Of a stretch of 64,000 nucleotides of DNA, positions 1-11,591 are shown in pieces (the stretch's first letter is position 1; each line of letters starts with the position of its first letter). Source of the DNA: Octopus sinensis (lineage: Eukaryota); the NCBI RefSeq assembly GCF_006345805.1, contig NC_042997.1, forward strand, positions 133,548,001 to 133,612,000, in the 5' to 3' direction. The notes below the pieces were generated by a model. It did no database searches and was not told the origin of the DNA. It saw only the letters and a list, made by a program, of their open reading frames with translations. A program made the position numbers and the translations under genes.

Positions 1-144
1 CTTTTCAAATTTCGGGCTAATAGAAAAGAACTGTTTCATAACGCCATAACAAAGCGTCTTTATACATCATCCAGGTAGTCTTACGCACATGCATGGATAT
101 GCTTACATATGTAGATCTGTTAGCTTTCGCGTATGTATGTGTAC

Positions 145-167
145 ATATATGTGTGTGTGTGTATGTG

Positions 168-236
<69 letters not shown>

Positions 237-250
237 TGTGTGGTGTGTAT
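145..250. repeat. (TG)n microsatellite (representative of dozens of simple repeats across the window)
   Basis: Direct: gtgtgt run; explains the VCVCVC ORFs at 89-402. Confidence 0.95.
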
Positions 251-251
251 C

Positions 252-1382
252 TAAGGTGGTATCAGAAAGTTTTCGGACTAGTTTTGTAGCGCCCAGACAG
301 GTTGCGTGTGCTGTGAGAGCTAACTGTGACCTTCGTGAGGCAGTGTATCGAGTGATATCGCCTGTGTTTTCTTCGAATGCTGTGAAGTTTGTTTCTTTGT
401 GATCACATGTATGCTGTTGTCTGTGATTTTGTCATGGACAGGAATAAAGAGGCAACCTGAAATTTTGCGTTAAACTTGGAAAAGTCTGCTACAGAGACAT
501 TGAGTATGCTTTGACAAGCTCATGGCGCCTAGGCAATGTGTCGTCCGTAATGTTTCGAGTGGCACAAGTGCTTCAAAGGTGGAAGAACGTCTCTTGAAGA
601 CGATAGCAATCTGGAAGACCTGCCACGAGCGCCACCTCCGGAAATGTGGTATTGTGCATCAAGAATTCGTCCTTCAGGACCATAGCGTTAATCATGAGTT
701 CTACTGCGACGTTTTGAAGAGTTTGAGAGAGGAAATTCGGCGAAAGTGGCCGGATCTGTGGAAGCCGATGAACTGGATTATTTACGACAATAATGCACGT
801 TGTCCCCGAGCTCTCATCAGTCGCGAGTTTCTCCCCCAAAAGAACATGGTATAGCTTCCACACCCTCTCTGCACCTGCAGACTTCCATCTCTTCCCCAGG
901 ATGAAATGCAGCTCAAAGGTCACCGTTTTAATACCGTTGTCGAGATCCAGAACGAACGGCAGAAGGCCCTCGAATCGCTTAAGGAAAACGACTTCCAGGC
1001 CGGATTCCAAAAATAGCTGGAACGCTGGGATCTGTGTATTATTTTCTACTTCAGGCACAATGCCCGAAATTTGGGGGTAGGGGCAATTCGATTAAATCGA
1101 CTCAACTGGTACTTAATTTATCGACCCTGAAAGGATGAAAGGCAAAGTCGACCTCGGCAGAATTTGAACTCAGAACGTAAAAACAGACGAAAATACAGCT
1201 AAGCATTTTGCCCGGCGTGTTAACGTTTCTGCCAGCACGCCGCCTTGGCATGCTGGGACCTGTATATTGCTGCGCAAGGGGACTATTTCAAAGGAGATGA
1301 TGTTAAAATTACATAAATAGATTATTAATTTTTTTTTTTTTGTTACACATAACTAGTCTTGGAACTTTTTGACACCACCTAA
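252..1382 (+). mobile_element. Internally deleted, decayed Tc1/mariner (mariner-type) DNA transposon with both TIRs
   Basis: Left end taaggtggtatcagaaagttttcggactagttttgt matches the reverse complement of the right end (taggtggtgtcaaaaagttccaagactagttatgt). Transposase remnants: KFCVKLG/KSATETLSML, FEWHKCFKGGRTSLEDD, GIVHQEFV..WIIYDNNAR, APADFHLFPRMK, WDLCIAAQGDYFKGD. The central catalytic segment is missing; frameshifts and stops present. Confidence 0.9.
1041..1246 (-). mobile_element. tRNA-derived SINE family A nested in the mariner
   Basis: Reverse complement of ggcggcgtgctggcagaaacgttaacacgccgggc...gttcaaattctgccgaggtcgactttgcctttcatcc; flanked by a ~17-bp diverged TSD gctgggatctgtgtatt / gctgggacctgtatatt. 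Confidence 0.85.
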
Positions 1383-1550
1383 TACCATATTGAGCCGGAT
1401 TTTCACTAAAGATTTTAGGTAACTTGTGTCTCTATGTTATATCATTAATTTGAGCCAATTTGTCCGATCATTGCTGAATTTTTTATTCTTTATTTTCATA
1501 TATAACATATGAACATTAACTGTGTATTCTTTATTCTAAAGCTTCGATAA

Positions 1551-1790
1551 TGACAGGTGAAAGAATTGCAATTATAGCCATTTTACGATACTTGTGGAAA
1601 ATAGGCAGCAGCGAAAGAAATTAATGATGTGAAAGGCCCAGGAACTATCAACAAAAGTGTGCCAGTAAACTGGTTCAGACGTTTCGAGGAATGACACCAG
1701 CCTCGAAGACAAACTATGGTCAGCGAGACTTTCTGTTGTGGATAATGAGCCCTTGCTTGAACGGGTGGAACAACAGCCAAGCACAAGTAA
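1551..1790 (+). mobile_element. Mariner transposase N-terminal (HTH) fragment
   Basis: Frameshifted peptide AILRYLWKIG/AAAKEINDVKGPGTINKSVPVNWFRRF/TSLEDKLWSARLSVVDNEPLLERVEQQPSTS. Confidence 0.7.
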
Positions 1791-1945
1791 AGAGGTTGAT
1801 AGTTGTTGACCGCAGAGCTGTACGGAAAGACTATAGCAACACAATTCCGAGATCTGTTCTTGATAATCTCATCAGCATGAGGCGTAGGAGTGGCTGTGTG
1901 GTAAGTAGCTTGCTTACCAACGACATGGTAATAGAAAGGATTGTT

Positions 1946-1976
<31 letters not shown>

Positions 1977-1997
1977 ATTATTGTTGTTATAATTGCT

Positions 1998-2375
1998 AAG
2001 GCAACGAGCTGGCAGAATCGTTAGCACGCCGGGCGAAATGTTTAGCGGCATTTCGTTCGTCTTTTCGTTCTGAGTTCGAATTCCGCCGAGGTCGACTTTG
2101 CCTTTCTTCCTTTCGAGAACGATAAATTACGTACCAGTAGAACACTGGGGTCGATGTAAATGACTAGTCCCCTCTCCCAAAATTTCAGGCCTTGTACCTT
2201 TAGTGGAAAGGTTTATTATTATAATTGCTAAGGCGGTGATGAGGCAGAATTGCTAGTGCATCGGACAAAATGCTTAGCGGCATTTTCTCCGGATCTTTAT
2301 ATTTAACTCGTCCTGCCGCGGTCAGCCATGTGATTCCTCAATAAAATAATGTACCAAATGAGCACTGGAATTGAG
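1998..2375 (+). mobile_element. Two tandem SINE A copies (1998-2215 clear, 2227-2375 decayed)
   Basis: Box A-like gagctggcagaa, box B-like gttcgaattcc, core gccgaggtcgactttgccttt. Confidence 0.8.
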
Positions 2376-2837
2376 ACAATTGACTAACCCATTTCCACCA
2401 AAAATGCTGGTCGTATACCAACAATTTTATGACGAAGGTGTTAGTCAATTTAAAACCATTTCTACTACGGTGACTGCTGCTACTACTACTACTGCTGCTG
2501 TTACCGCTGTTGGTGCTGTTGCTATTAATCTTTATTTTAACATCATAATATTATTTACGGTGTGTTCACTGCTCTACGGCTAATGGCAAATATTATTCAC
2601 CAATATCTATTTCAACACAAGAGATTTCAGATTAAATCTCTTACCAAACATATTACACGTTAGACATTCGTTATTATTTTTCAAAAAAATATATATTTCT
2701 TTCTTTCACTATCTATAAAAGACGTGATTTTGTTGTGTGAATATATATATATACGTATATATATATATATATATATATGAACATATGTACATATACATAT
2801 GTATATATGTTTGTATATATGTATATATGTATGTGTG

Positions 2838-2892
<55 letters not shown>

Positions 2893-3654
2893 ATATATAT
2901 TCATATGTTATATATATATAATAAGAATTCTATGAGCGTGTTTAGTTGTAACAAATAAGAGTCAGGTATCAAAAGGGTCAGTTATATTTATAAGATAATT
3001 CCATTTCGAACCAAACATGATATATGTTACTAACTGAAATGGAATAACTGTGAAAACTGGGTAAATGTGTACTTTTGTACAATGATATGACGTAAATACG
3101 CTGTCAGTTCAATTGATGGCAGTGGACACGATCGTGTTGATAGACCATAAAGTCACGATAGCGTATATTTTTGTGCAATATGGCGTCTTAATGGTATCAA
3201 TTGAATTTATGGTTGTAATCACGATAGGCCATAGATACATCATAAAGTGGTGATTTAAACGAACATTTACAAAGAAAAATAAAACAAACAATATACATAA
3301 AAATGCTCTTCCTTCTTATCCTTCACATTCGCACCATTTATAGTAATGGTCTTCAAGCTTCGATTACAACTTTTGCCTTTTCTGTTTTAATCTTTTATTT
3401 TGTTTATTCATTTATTTATTTATATATTGTCATGCTTTATGAGATCATGGTATGAAAATATAGTTTAACCTAAGAAACTGGTTGCACATTTATGAAAAAA
3501 ATGGAAATACAGGAATCTGGATATTTTTTCTATTCCTACTGTAATTAGTATAATAAGCTTCATAAATGCATAGAATAATTTGAAGATACAAATACCTAAA
3601 CTAAAGCTTACAAATATGAACCATAATTAAAATGTGTGTGTGTCTATGTCTGTA

Positions 3655-3938
3655 TATATGTGAGTTATTTTCTCCTCTTGTTTTCTCCGGAAAGCTCTAT
3701 CTGCGACGATTTCATCTCAATCGAAGGAGAGGGGATTTCTCCATAAGGGTTGCGGATCCATGGAATAAGCTGCCGGACGAGATGGTGAAGATGCCGACGA
3801 CCGCTCGGTTCAAAGTCTCTCTTGACCAGAAATGGCCTGAACTCTTTGCATGAACACCCTCCCTGTACATAACTCCATGTCCCCCTACATGGCCTTGCTT
3901 TTTGCTTTTTGAGCCAAAAAATTAACTTAACTTAACTT
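3655..3938 (+). mobile_element. CR1/L2-clade LINE 3' end with (aactt)n tail
   Basis: Peptide RRGDFSIRVADPWNKLPDEMVKMPTTARFKVSLDQKW* resembles the CR1/L2 ORF2 C-terminus; short 3' UTR ending aattaacttaacttaactt. Confidence 0.8.
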
Positions 3939-4080
3939 TCTGTGTTCCTTTCTGTGGAAGAGCGTAGGCTCGAAAGTTTAAAGACTTTTTCACTTCCCGA
4001 ACGTTAAACTAATACAGCTGTTTGTTGTCTACACCACCTGCCTTCTTCTTTTGTTTTATTATTTTTTGTGAATTCTCTCT
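3938..4080 (+). mobile_element. Penelope-like terminal-repeat remnant with a degenerate hammerhead motif; partial copy at 27135-27213(-)
   Basis: ctttCTGTGGAagagc-gtag-gctcGAAAgttaaag followed by ...gttgtctacaccacctg...gtgaattctc; same sequence inverted at 27135-27213. Confidence 0.55.
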
Positions 4081-4089
4081 CTAAATGTA

Positions 4090-4480
4090 TAACTAAAACG
4101 CAATCGAGGAAAATAAAACATTCGGACGGACAAACGCTACAAAAGCGGACAAGAGAAGCAAAAATTAGAAGACCAGGCAAAAAAAGATGGGTCATTCATG
4201 GCCTTCATTCCTCAGTCAAGTACCAGAAGTCACAACGATTTCGGACAGTTACACTTGAGACGGTTCGATCTGGTTGCTTCCAAAAAAGTGTAATCTAAGA
4301 GCATTAGACCTCTTTCTGAGAAAGCTAGCGAATGTGTACGGCAACAAAGACAAAAATCGAAGAACATGGTACACAAAAAGACGAGCAACAGAAAACATGG
4401 TACACAATTACGAATACAAACAACAAGAAAATAACAGATGTCTTTCGACTGAGAACGAATTAAATTGAGCTGGTGTGTAT
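4090..4480. repeat. Dispersed repeat family E (second copy 61140-61455), probably PLE-related
   Basis: Shared blocks aaaacgcaat.gagga, gggtcattc.tggcc, tcgatctggttgc.tccaaa, gcgaatgtgtacggcaacaaagacaaaaa. Confidence 0.6.
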
Positions 4481-4844
4481 GAAGTGAAAGCCTAAAGGCA
4501 GGGACATAGGAGATGGACATAAGAGGTATTGGCCTGGGGGTCGGCAGTCCGGCCAAGTAAGAAAGATCATGGCTGACTGGACACTGGTCACGTGGAAGGA
4601 GGAGAGATGGGTAGGTGACAGCGAGATTGAAGGATTAGAAAAGAATCAGAGACAGAGAGAAAGGTACAGGGGAGTTAAACGAGTGGGAAATAGTAGGAGT
4701 TAAAAAAAGAATATATATATATATATTATATATATATATATATAATTATATATATATATATATATATAATATATATATATATATAAAATATGCATATATA
4801 CATACATATATGTACATACCTACAACTTTATGTATATATACATG

Positions 4845-5112
4845 CATATATGGGTACAGGACATCAAAAAACGTTTGAACACAATGAGAAACGAAAACAT
4901 AAAAACAAAAACATGGAAACGAACTTTTTTTCAAACAACGAAAAAACAGAGTACAAGAGATACAACACAAAGAATATTCCCTTTCTTCAGTTGTCCCTGT
5001 TTCATCTACTCCACGTTCGAAGGTAAGGACGAGACGCGATTTCGTTGAAACCGTCCTTCCCGCAAAGCAAATTATATAAAATTTGGGATTTTTGCGGAGA
5101 GGTAAAAGTGGT
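4845..5112. repeat. Dispersed repeat family F (copies 26430-26640 and 52508-52815), TA-flanked, probably PLE-related
   Basis: All start at (TA)n with tgggtacaggac.tca and share ttc(a/t)tcagttgtc...catctactcc...ttcga. Confidence 0.6.
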
Positions 5113-5703
5113 ATGCATGTATATATGTGTGTATGTACGTATATATGTATGTATGCATGTATTACACTTTTACAATCAGAATCAGAAGAGTTAGTGTGAT
5201 TTCGAAGTTTGGGTCTGCGAGCCTTCGTCGGACTGTAGTACACTTGCATTCAACTTGGCATCTTTTAGTCTTAAATGTACCAAAATCAAAAAGAACTGGC
5301 AGGCTAAAACTTTAAAGTCATAGCCATACGTCCTCTTTGAAAAGTTTAATAAATATATTCTCTACAGAAAGAACTGTATTAAGTTGCATTGTCTTTATTG
5401 CAACCACACATGAAAACACACGCGTGTGCGCACGCACGCACACACACGCGCGCGCGCATCAAATGATAAAGACGGAAAATGGAATACATTGGAAACTATT
5501 GCTCACAACGATCGTTTGGACACAACCTGCATAGATCTCTCACTGGTGGGAAATTGGAAAACTAGTTGTGGTGCATCCCTCGGTGCAGAAGCGTCTCGTC
5601 AGGTGATGTAATAAGAGGTATCTCCTTCAAAGAACTCTGTTTCGCTGGGATTTAATAGACCATGTTCCTAATGCTCATATGTTTAAGCCGGTGGGCAGGA
5701 ATG

Positions 5704-5760
<57 letters not shown>

Positions 5761-5843
5761 CTTGTATATTATATTACTTGTATATATATATATATATAAG
5801 TAAATAAATGGAGTTGAACGCAGGTGTTATTCAAATTCTTTTA

Positions 5844-5929
5844 CTTTCGACATATGTTTCGAAAACAACATTCGTTTTATTCCAAAGGAATAAACGGTGT
5901 AAAATAATGTAATCTTCTCATCAGGAAAG
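5844..5929 (-). ncRNA. Minimal type I hammerhead ribozyme (Penelope-type) with intact core
   Basis: Minus strand ctttc-CTGATGA-gaaga...ttttc-GAAA-CATATG-TC-gaaag. Stem I ctttc/gaaag, G10.1-C11.1 closes a long stem II, palindromic stem III, GUC cleavage triplet. Confidence 0.8.
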
Positions 5930-6139
5930 AAAGAGAACCTATCTCAACAAGACATTATAACAATTTTGATGACTGCATAAATGATAAACAGAACGCTATT
6001 AAGTATTTTTTAAAAGACCATTAGTAGATCCGACGTCAAAAGCAGGCCATAGGAAGGGAAGGGTTAAAGAAACAATAACTAGAGAACAAATAAAGAGGGA
6101 CATATTGGTTTTAAAAATGTTCAAAGGCTTGGAAGTAGA

Positions 6140-6413
6140 TTTCTCTATTGAAGTAAAGTGCAAGGTGAACTAAATGTTCAAACAATACAGACTGGTAAAA
6201 ATCACTTATATGAGCTAAAGGTATGTTTCTGCCACTGCTTACATTTATAAGATCGCTCTATAAGTGTGTTAACAAGATGATTCTTAGAGAAGAGAATATG
6301 GAAGAGTTCAGAGTTGCAAATGCTACAAAATCCTTTGCCCTTGTCATGTGATTTTTACCAGTCTGTATAGCTTGAACATTTAGTTCACCTTGCACTTTAC
6401 TTCAATAGAGAAA
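6140..6413. repeat. 66-bp inverted repeat (6140-6205 / 6348-6413) with ~140-bp spacer
   Basis: tttctctattgaagtaaagtgcaaggtgaactaaatgttcaa..atacagactggtaaaaatcac and its reverse complement. Confidence 0.9.
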
Positions 6414-6820
6414 CAGAGATATCGTGAGCATTTGTATATGAATTAAGGACTTGCATTCTCTCCCCAAGATCCCAAGTTCAACCATATTTTGCTCTAGACG
6501 AGCTGGGGTGTATCCTGTTGGTGTAATAATAATAATAGGTATAAAGTTGAAAGTGTACCTTAGATTTGCAAACTTCTTATCAATGGTCCATCGATCCCTT
6601 TTTTTTATTTTTGTATTTTTCTAACCACATTCGTATCAAAACGGCAGCTGGTTTACATAACAGAACATATCTTTTCTTTGTGGTCATACACAACGATATT
6701 TGGCCGATTGTGTTTTAACTTGGTGGCTGTTTTAATTTTTTAGTTCCATCACTGTTCTTTTGATCCCTCGGTCCCAGTGTGATCAATTTCGTTTGTAGAT
6801 ATTTTCTCTTTTGTTATCCT

Positions 6821-7105
6821 GTGAGCTGATTCGTGATGTCATCCTTCCACCTCCACTTCCCAACTGGCGCAAACGCACGGGCGGGCAGCTGAAGACCTGA
6901 GCAACGACGATAAAGGAGGACCTCTCCGAACTCTCAGGTCCGCAGGTGGTCGGTCTGCGCAGATGGAACCGCGAATGGCTCGCTATCTCCAGTGACCTCG
7001 CACAGGACCGTCGAGCATGGGCCGCCATGGTTCGTGATACCGTCAGGACCAGAGAAGAAGCCGGCTCAACCCGACCTGAGTGAACGCTGTCACAAGTACA
7101 AGTAA
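6821..7105 (+). mobile_element. RTE-clade LINE 3' end nested in the RLE LINE, (acaagt)n tail
   Basis: NWRKRTGGQLKT*ATTIKEDL...LAQDRRAWAAMVRD then cacaagtacaagta. Confidence 0.8.
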
Positions 7106-8382
7106 ATTCCAGACTGTTCTGGCTCCCGCATCATACCTCATGGGAAGATAATATATCTGGAAAACATTTTCTCACCGTTAGCAAAGATGTGGTTGATATC
7201 TTCCTTTTTAGTCTTGCAAATCCTACATCTGTTGCCTATCAGCGTTTTCTGTCTTTTACACTGAAGGTACTTGTTAAGAATCTCTTCTTCTTGGATCCAT
7301 GGGATCTCTTCAAAGTGGTATGTCATAAACTTTTCGGTACTCCATGCCAAGCTTTTGACATGGTCAATCTTTTGTATAGTTTGTGTTTTTCGTGCCAAGT
7401 ACACATGCTCTATGTTCTCAGTGAACTTGTCCGTTTTTCCCTGCTGTTCTGATAAAGAGATTTTACCAATGTTCCGTGGGAAGAGATCCATATCAACTCT
7501 TATTTCATGTCTCACCTCTAGCTCATCAGCTATCCTAATTATGTTGTTGGTTTCGTGTTCATAAACTTGAACAAGATAGTTACTGGTCTCTTTCTTCTAC
7601 TGCAGATGTTGTTTCAGTGTCACAATCCGTGCTTCATATGACATCAATATTGATTTGAGAACACGGCCACAATCCTTGCGTGAGAATATAGCCTGTCTAT
7701 ATCTCCATTGATGTTGAAGTTTCCTGTAACAGTGAGCAGTTTACGAATTCGGACCAGTTCAGAAAGCCAAATGCAGGCGTGAAGACAGGCACGGCAACGG
7801 TGTTGTGGATTGTAAGCTGAGAGTTCTGATGACCATATTCTTTTTACTACCCTGAGATATTCATATCTCCTTATTTATAGGTCCATCATATATGACATTC
7901 TCATTTTGTCCGAGATACCTATAATAGTCCCCTGACTATAGAGGTTGTATTGTTAAGCCATTCATTCTTATATTTTCAGAGGAAGGCACAACTTTTCCAC
8001 GTTTTTCTGTTAAAAAAAAAACATATTTGAACTCAACCAATTTCATGCCAGTGTCTGTAGAAAATTGGGTTATATGGTTCAATTGTTCTTTTGTGGTTGA
8101 TAGTTGGACCATTCAGTTTCAGTTCGTCAACAGAACGAAAATTGTTCTAGATCCATTTCTCTGATCACTATGGTTTGTGAGCAGGTATGATATTTGGTTT
8201 AACGAGAGGACAAACATTGACACCAACAGAGTATCACTCTGAAAGATGCCTTTTTGGTAGTGAATGCTCCTTATCACTGCTAAGGAACAAAGTGTTGTAC
8301 AAAGTCCTGATCAGGCGTTTAATAACACTCATTAGTGGTCGGGAACTTTGGCTAAGTGTAAAGCCTTGATAATCCACCTATA

Positions 8383-8768
8383 TGGTGGCGCAATGGCCCA
8401 GTGGTTAGGGCAGCGGACTCGCGGTCATAGGATCACGATTTCGATTCTCAGACCGGGCGTTGTGAGTGTTTATTGAGCGAAAACACCTAAAGCTCCACGA
8501 GGCTCCGGCAGGGGATGGTGGTGATCTCTGCTGTACTCTTTCACCACAACTTTCTCTCACTCTTACTTCCTGTTTCTGTTGTACCTGTATTTCAAAGGGC
8601 CAGCCTTGTCACTCTCTGTGTCACGCTGAATATCCCCGAGAACTACGTTAAGGGTACACGTGTCTGTGGAGTGCTCAGCCACTTACACGTTAATTTCACG
8701 AGCAGGCTGTTCCGTTGATTCGGATCAACCGGAACCCTCGTCGTCGTAACCGATGGAGTGCTTCCACC
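8383..8768 (+). mobile_element. tRNA(Arg)-like SINE family B, head 1 + tail P
   Basis: tggcccagtggttagggcagcggactcgcggtcataggatcacgatttcgattctc head with TCG-like anticodon loop; 3' hairpin gttccgttgat..atcaaccggaac. Confidence 0.9.
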
Positions 8769-9289
8769 ATACTACCAAAAACCTTCTAATATTCCAGTCA
8801 CACTACGGTTAAATCACTTCGATTTTTTTTCTGTTTTTCTTGGATCATTTTGTTAATTAGTAGATGCTGTATAAAACCCCACACCGCCTTTCTTCCAACT
8901 TTCTCAGGTGTTATAATGTTGTTAGTAGCACAATGTTCCAGCAAGAACAGATTGAGGCATCCAGTGTATAATTTGTACATGATGTTCTGTCAGGCTATTG
9001 GGTAGTATACATGCTTGTAACATGACAGCCGTGATGACCAATACGACTCCCGGACGTGTATAATTACGGCTCATATGAAGGCAACATACCAAATATTGGA
9101 AAAGTTGAGCTACAGAATGCGGGAAGATTGCGTACGAATATTTCTACAAAAGTGTTTTAAACATTACATGTATACCAGCATATCTATATAAATGATGCGT
9201 ACATCTCAACATATTTATGTAAACACTGCACTGTAAGGATACACACATAAAGAAGTCAGTTTACGAAAAAGACAAACACCGCTAAATAT

Positions 9290-10098
9290 TACTCTTTACT
9301 CTTTTACTCTTTTACTTGTTTCAGTCATTTGACTGCGGCCATGCTGGAGCACCGCCTTTAATCGAGCAACTCGACCCCGGGACTTATTCTTTTTGTAAGC
9401 CCAGTACTTATTCTATCGGTCTCTTTTTGCCGAACCGCTAAGTGACGGGGACGTAAACACACCAGCATCGGTTGTCAAGCAATGCTAGGGGAACAAACAC
9501 AGACACACAACACACACACATACATATATATATATACATACTAGCAGTATCGCCCGGCGTTGCTCAGGTTTGTAAGGGAAATAACTATAAAGCATTTTTA
9601 GAGAGTTATAGCCAAAAAATAGCAAAAAAATGGAAAAAAAAAATGATGGTAAATTTTTTTTGAGATAGTTAAAAAAGGTGGAGTTGCGTCCCCTAGACGG
9701 TCTGTGGGTTTGGGTTTCTGATTCTCGACCCCATGTCGAATTTATCGATTTTTTTCAGAACTGGGGGAACTTTTCAAAAATTTTCGCTGCGTTAGTTTTG
9801 AATTATGACATTGGGCTATGTGTGTGTCAAGTTTCATCAGAATCGGTTGAAAGCCGTGGTCAGAGTGAGGGTACGAGAAAACAGACACACAGAAAACGCA
9901 CAGACAAACTGCCGTTTATATATAGAGAGATATACGACAGGCTTCTTTCAGTTTCCGTCTACCAAATCCACTCACAAGGCATTGGTCGGCCCGGGGCTAT
10001 AGCAGAAGACACTTGCCCCAAGATGCCACGCAGTGGGACTGAACCCAGAACCATGTGGTTGGTTAGCAAGCTACTTACCACACAGCCACTCCCGCGCC
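9290..10098 (-). mobile_element. SINE family D with internal (TA/CA)n, split by a Helitron
   Basis: Head aggcgcgggagtggctgtgtggtaagtagcttgctaaccaaccacatggttctgggttcagtcccactgcg; tail ...gactgaaacaagtaaaagagtaaaagagtaaagag. Confidence 0.85.
9541..9930 (-). mobile_element. Non-autonomous Helitron (family 1)
   Basis: Minus strand 5' A|TCtctctatatataaac ... 3' hairpin cctgagcaacgccggg + gatactgCTAG|T; no TSD. Confidence 0.85.
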
Positions 10099-10424
10099 TA
10101 TATATATATATACGTTTAAATACAATTGTTAAATTTTTTAAAAACCCGAAAGGAAAGATTACCCGAGCTGTGGACAACTTTAAATTTCATTCTGACAAAA
10201 CTTTGTCGAAATTTTTAAAGACTTTTGTCTGTTTTGAAAAACAAATGCAAATATCAGTGAACATCTAAGTTTCCTTCGACCAAATCGTGATTATCATCAC
10301 TGTATGTATGTATGTATGTATGTATGTATGTATGTATGTATGTATGTATGTATGTATGCGTGTGTGTGTGTGCGTGCGCGCGTATGTGTATGTATGTATG
10401 TATGTATGCGTGTGTGTATGTATG

Positions 10425-10455
<31 letters not shown>

Positions 10456-11146
10456 ATATGTATGTATCTATGTATGTATGAATATATATGTTGAGAGAGA
10501 GCAGGAAAGAGGAAGAGAGAGATAGAGAGAGCATAGTCACTGCTGAAGCCCTGTCATAAATCTTGTGCATCAAATTTCAAAATTGCCAAAATTCAACTTT
10601 TTAATTCGTAATACAAGAACATTTTAAGCAAACTATAACACCAAAATCTGCTAAAAATAACATCAAAATCTGCCTCAATTCACTACTCTCTAAAACAAAC
10701 AAACAAACAAACAAAAATACTAAATGATTTAATCTCAGATACGCTTTCACTGAATAAGAGACTAGATGGCAACAGCTGAAACACTGTTCAATCCTTAAAT
10801 CAAGGGAGATAAACAGTACTCCCGTGATGAAAGCACCTTAATAATATAACATTTAGAATTCGACCAACCAAAACAAAAATCACCTATACGATAATAGCTT
10901 CAAGTTTTGGCACAAAGCCAGCAATCTTTTTAGTCTAATGAGCATGTCGTTTATATTGACTCCTGTACTCAAATAGAATTTATTTTATGGACTCAAAATG
11001 ATCAAAGGCAAAGTTAACCCTTATGAAATTTTGACTCAGAACGTAATATGCGGAAAGAAATGCCGCTAAGTATTTTGTCCGATATGCATAGAGCAAAAGT
11101 CGAGAACAATAGGCAGAGAACTTGTTGAAAAATGTAGATTCGATGG

Positions 11147-11528
11147 CAGCACTCCGTCGGTTACGACGACGAGGGTTCCGGTTGATCCGATCAACGGAAC
11201 AGCCTGCTCGTGAAATTAACGTGTAAGTGGCTGAGCACTCCACAGACACGTGTACCCTTAACGTAGTTCTCGGGGATATTCAGCGTGACACAGAGAGTGA
11301 CAAGGCCGGCCCTTTGAAATACAGGTACAACAGAAACAGGAAGTAAGAGTGAGAGAAAGTTGTGGTGAAAGAGTACAGCAGGGATCACCACCATCCCCTA
11401 CCGGAGCCTCGTGGAGCTGTTAGGTGTTTTCGCTCAATAAACACTCACAACGCCCGGTCTGGGAATCGAAACTGCGATCCTACGACCGCGAGTCCGCTGC
11501 CCTAACCACTGGGCCATTGCGCCTCCAC
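11147..11528 (-). mobile_element. SINE B (head 1 + tail P) with 12-bp TSD
   Basis: Near-identical to 8383-8768 inverted; TSD tgtagattcgat at 11133-11144 and 11530-11541. Confidence 0.92.
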
Positions 11529-11591
11529 TTGTAGATTCGATAGATGTTATTCGTTACACAAGGTACGTTATATCTAGTTAATACATAATTA

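Larger units (their letters stand above)
6420..9030 (-). mobile_element. Decayed R4/Dong-like RLE-clade non-LTR retrotransposon (RT, CCHC knuckle, restriction-like endonuclease), interrupted twice
   Basis: In order on the minus strand: NIMYKLYTGCLNLFL; KGIFQSDTL (QGD motif); FVDELKL (YxDD region); YRYLGQNE; RLYSRKDCGR; CRICKTKKEDINHIF; YYLPMRYDAGARTVWN; KLKHNRPNIVVYDHKEKIC. Many stops and frameshifts. Confidence 0.85.

Noticed and set aside
3109-3291. 60-aa minus-strand ORF with internal ctatcgtga repeats
   Set aside because: No splice signals or recognisable protein; other frames are closed.
8383-8460. tRNA-Arg-like sequences (also 11455-11528, 17005-17080, 24640-24715, 57223-57295)
   Set aside because: Acceptor stems are not intact and each continues into a shared SINE body, often with TSDs; these are SINE heads, not tRNA genes.
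11155-11225. Hammerhead-like look of the SINE B tail antisense strand (acgacga..long stem..GAAA ttaa)
   Set aside because: Lacks CUGANGA and a valid stem III/NUH; better explained as the 3' stem-loop of the SINE read backwards.
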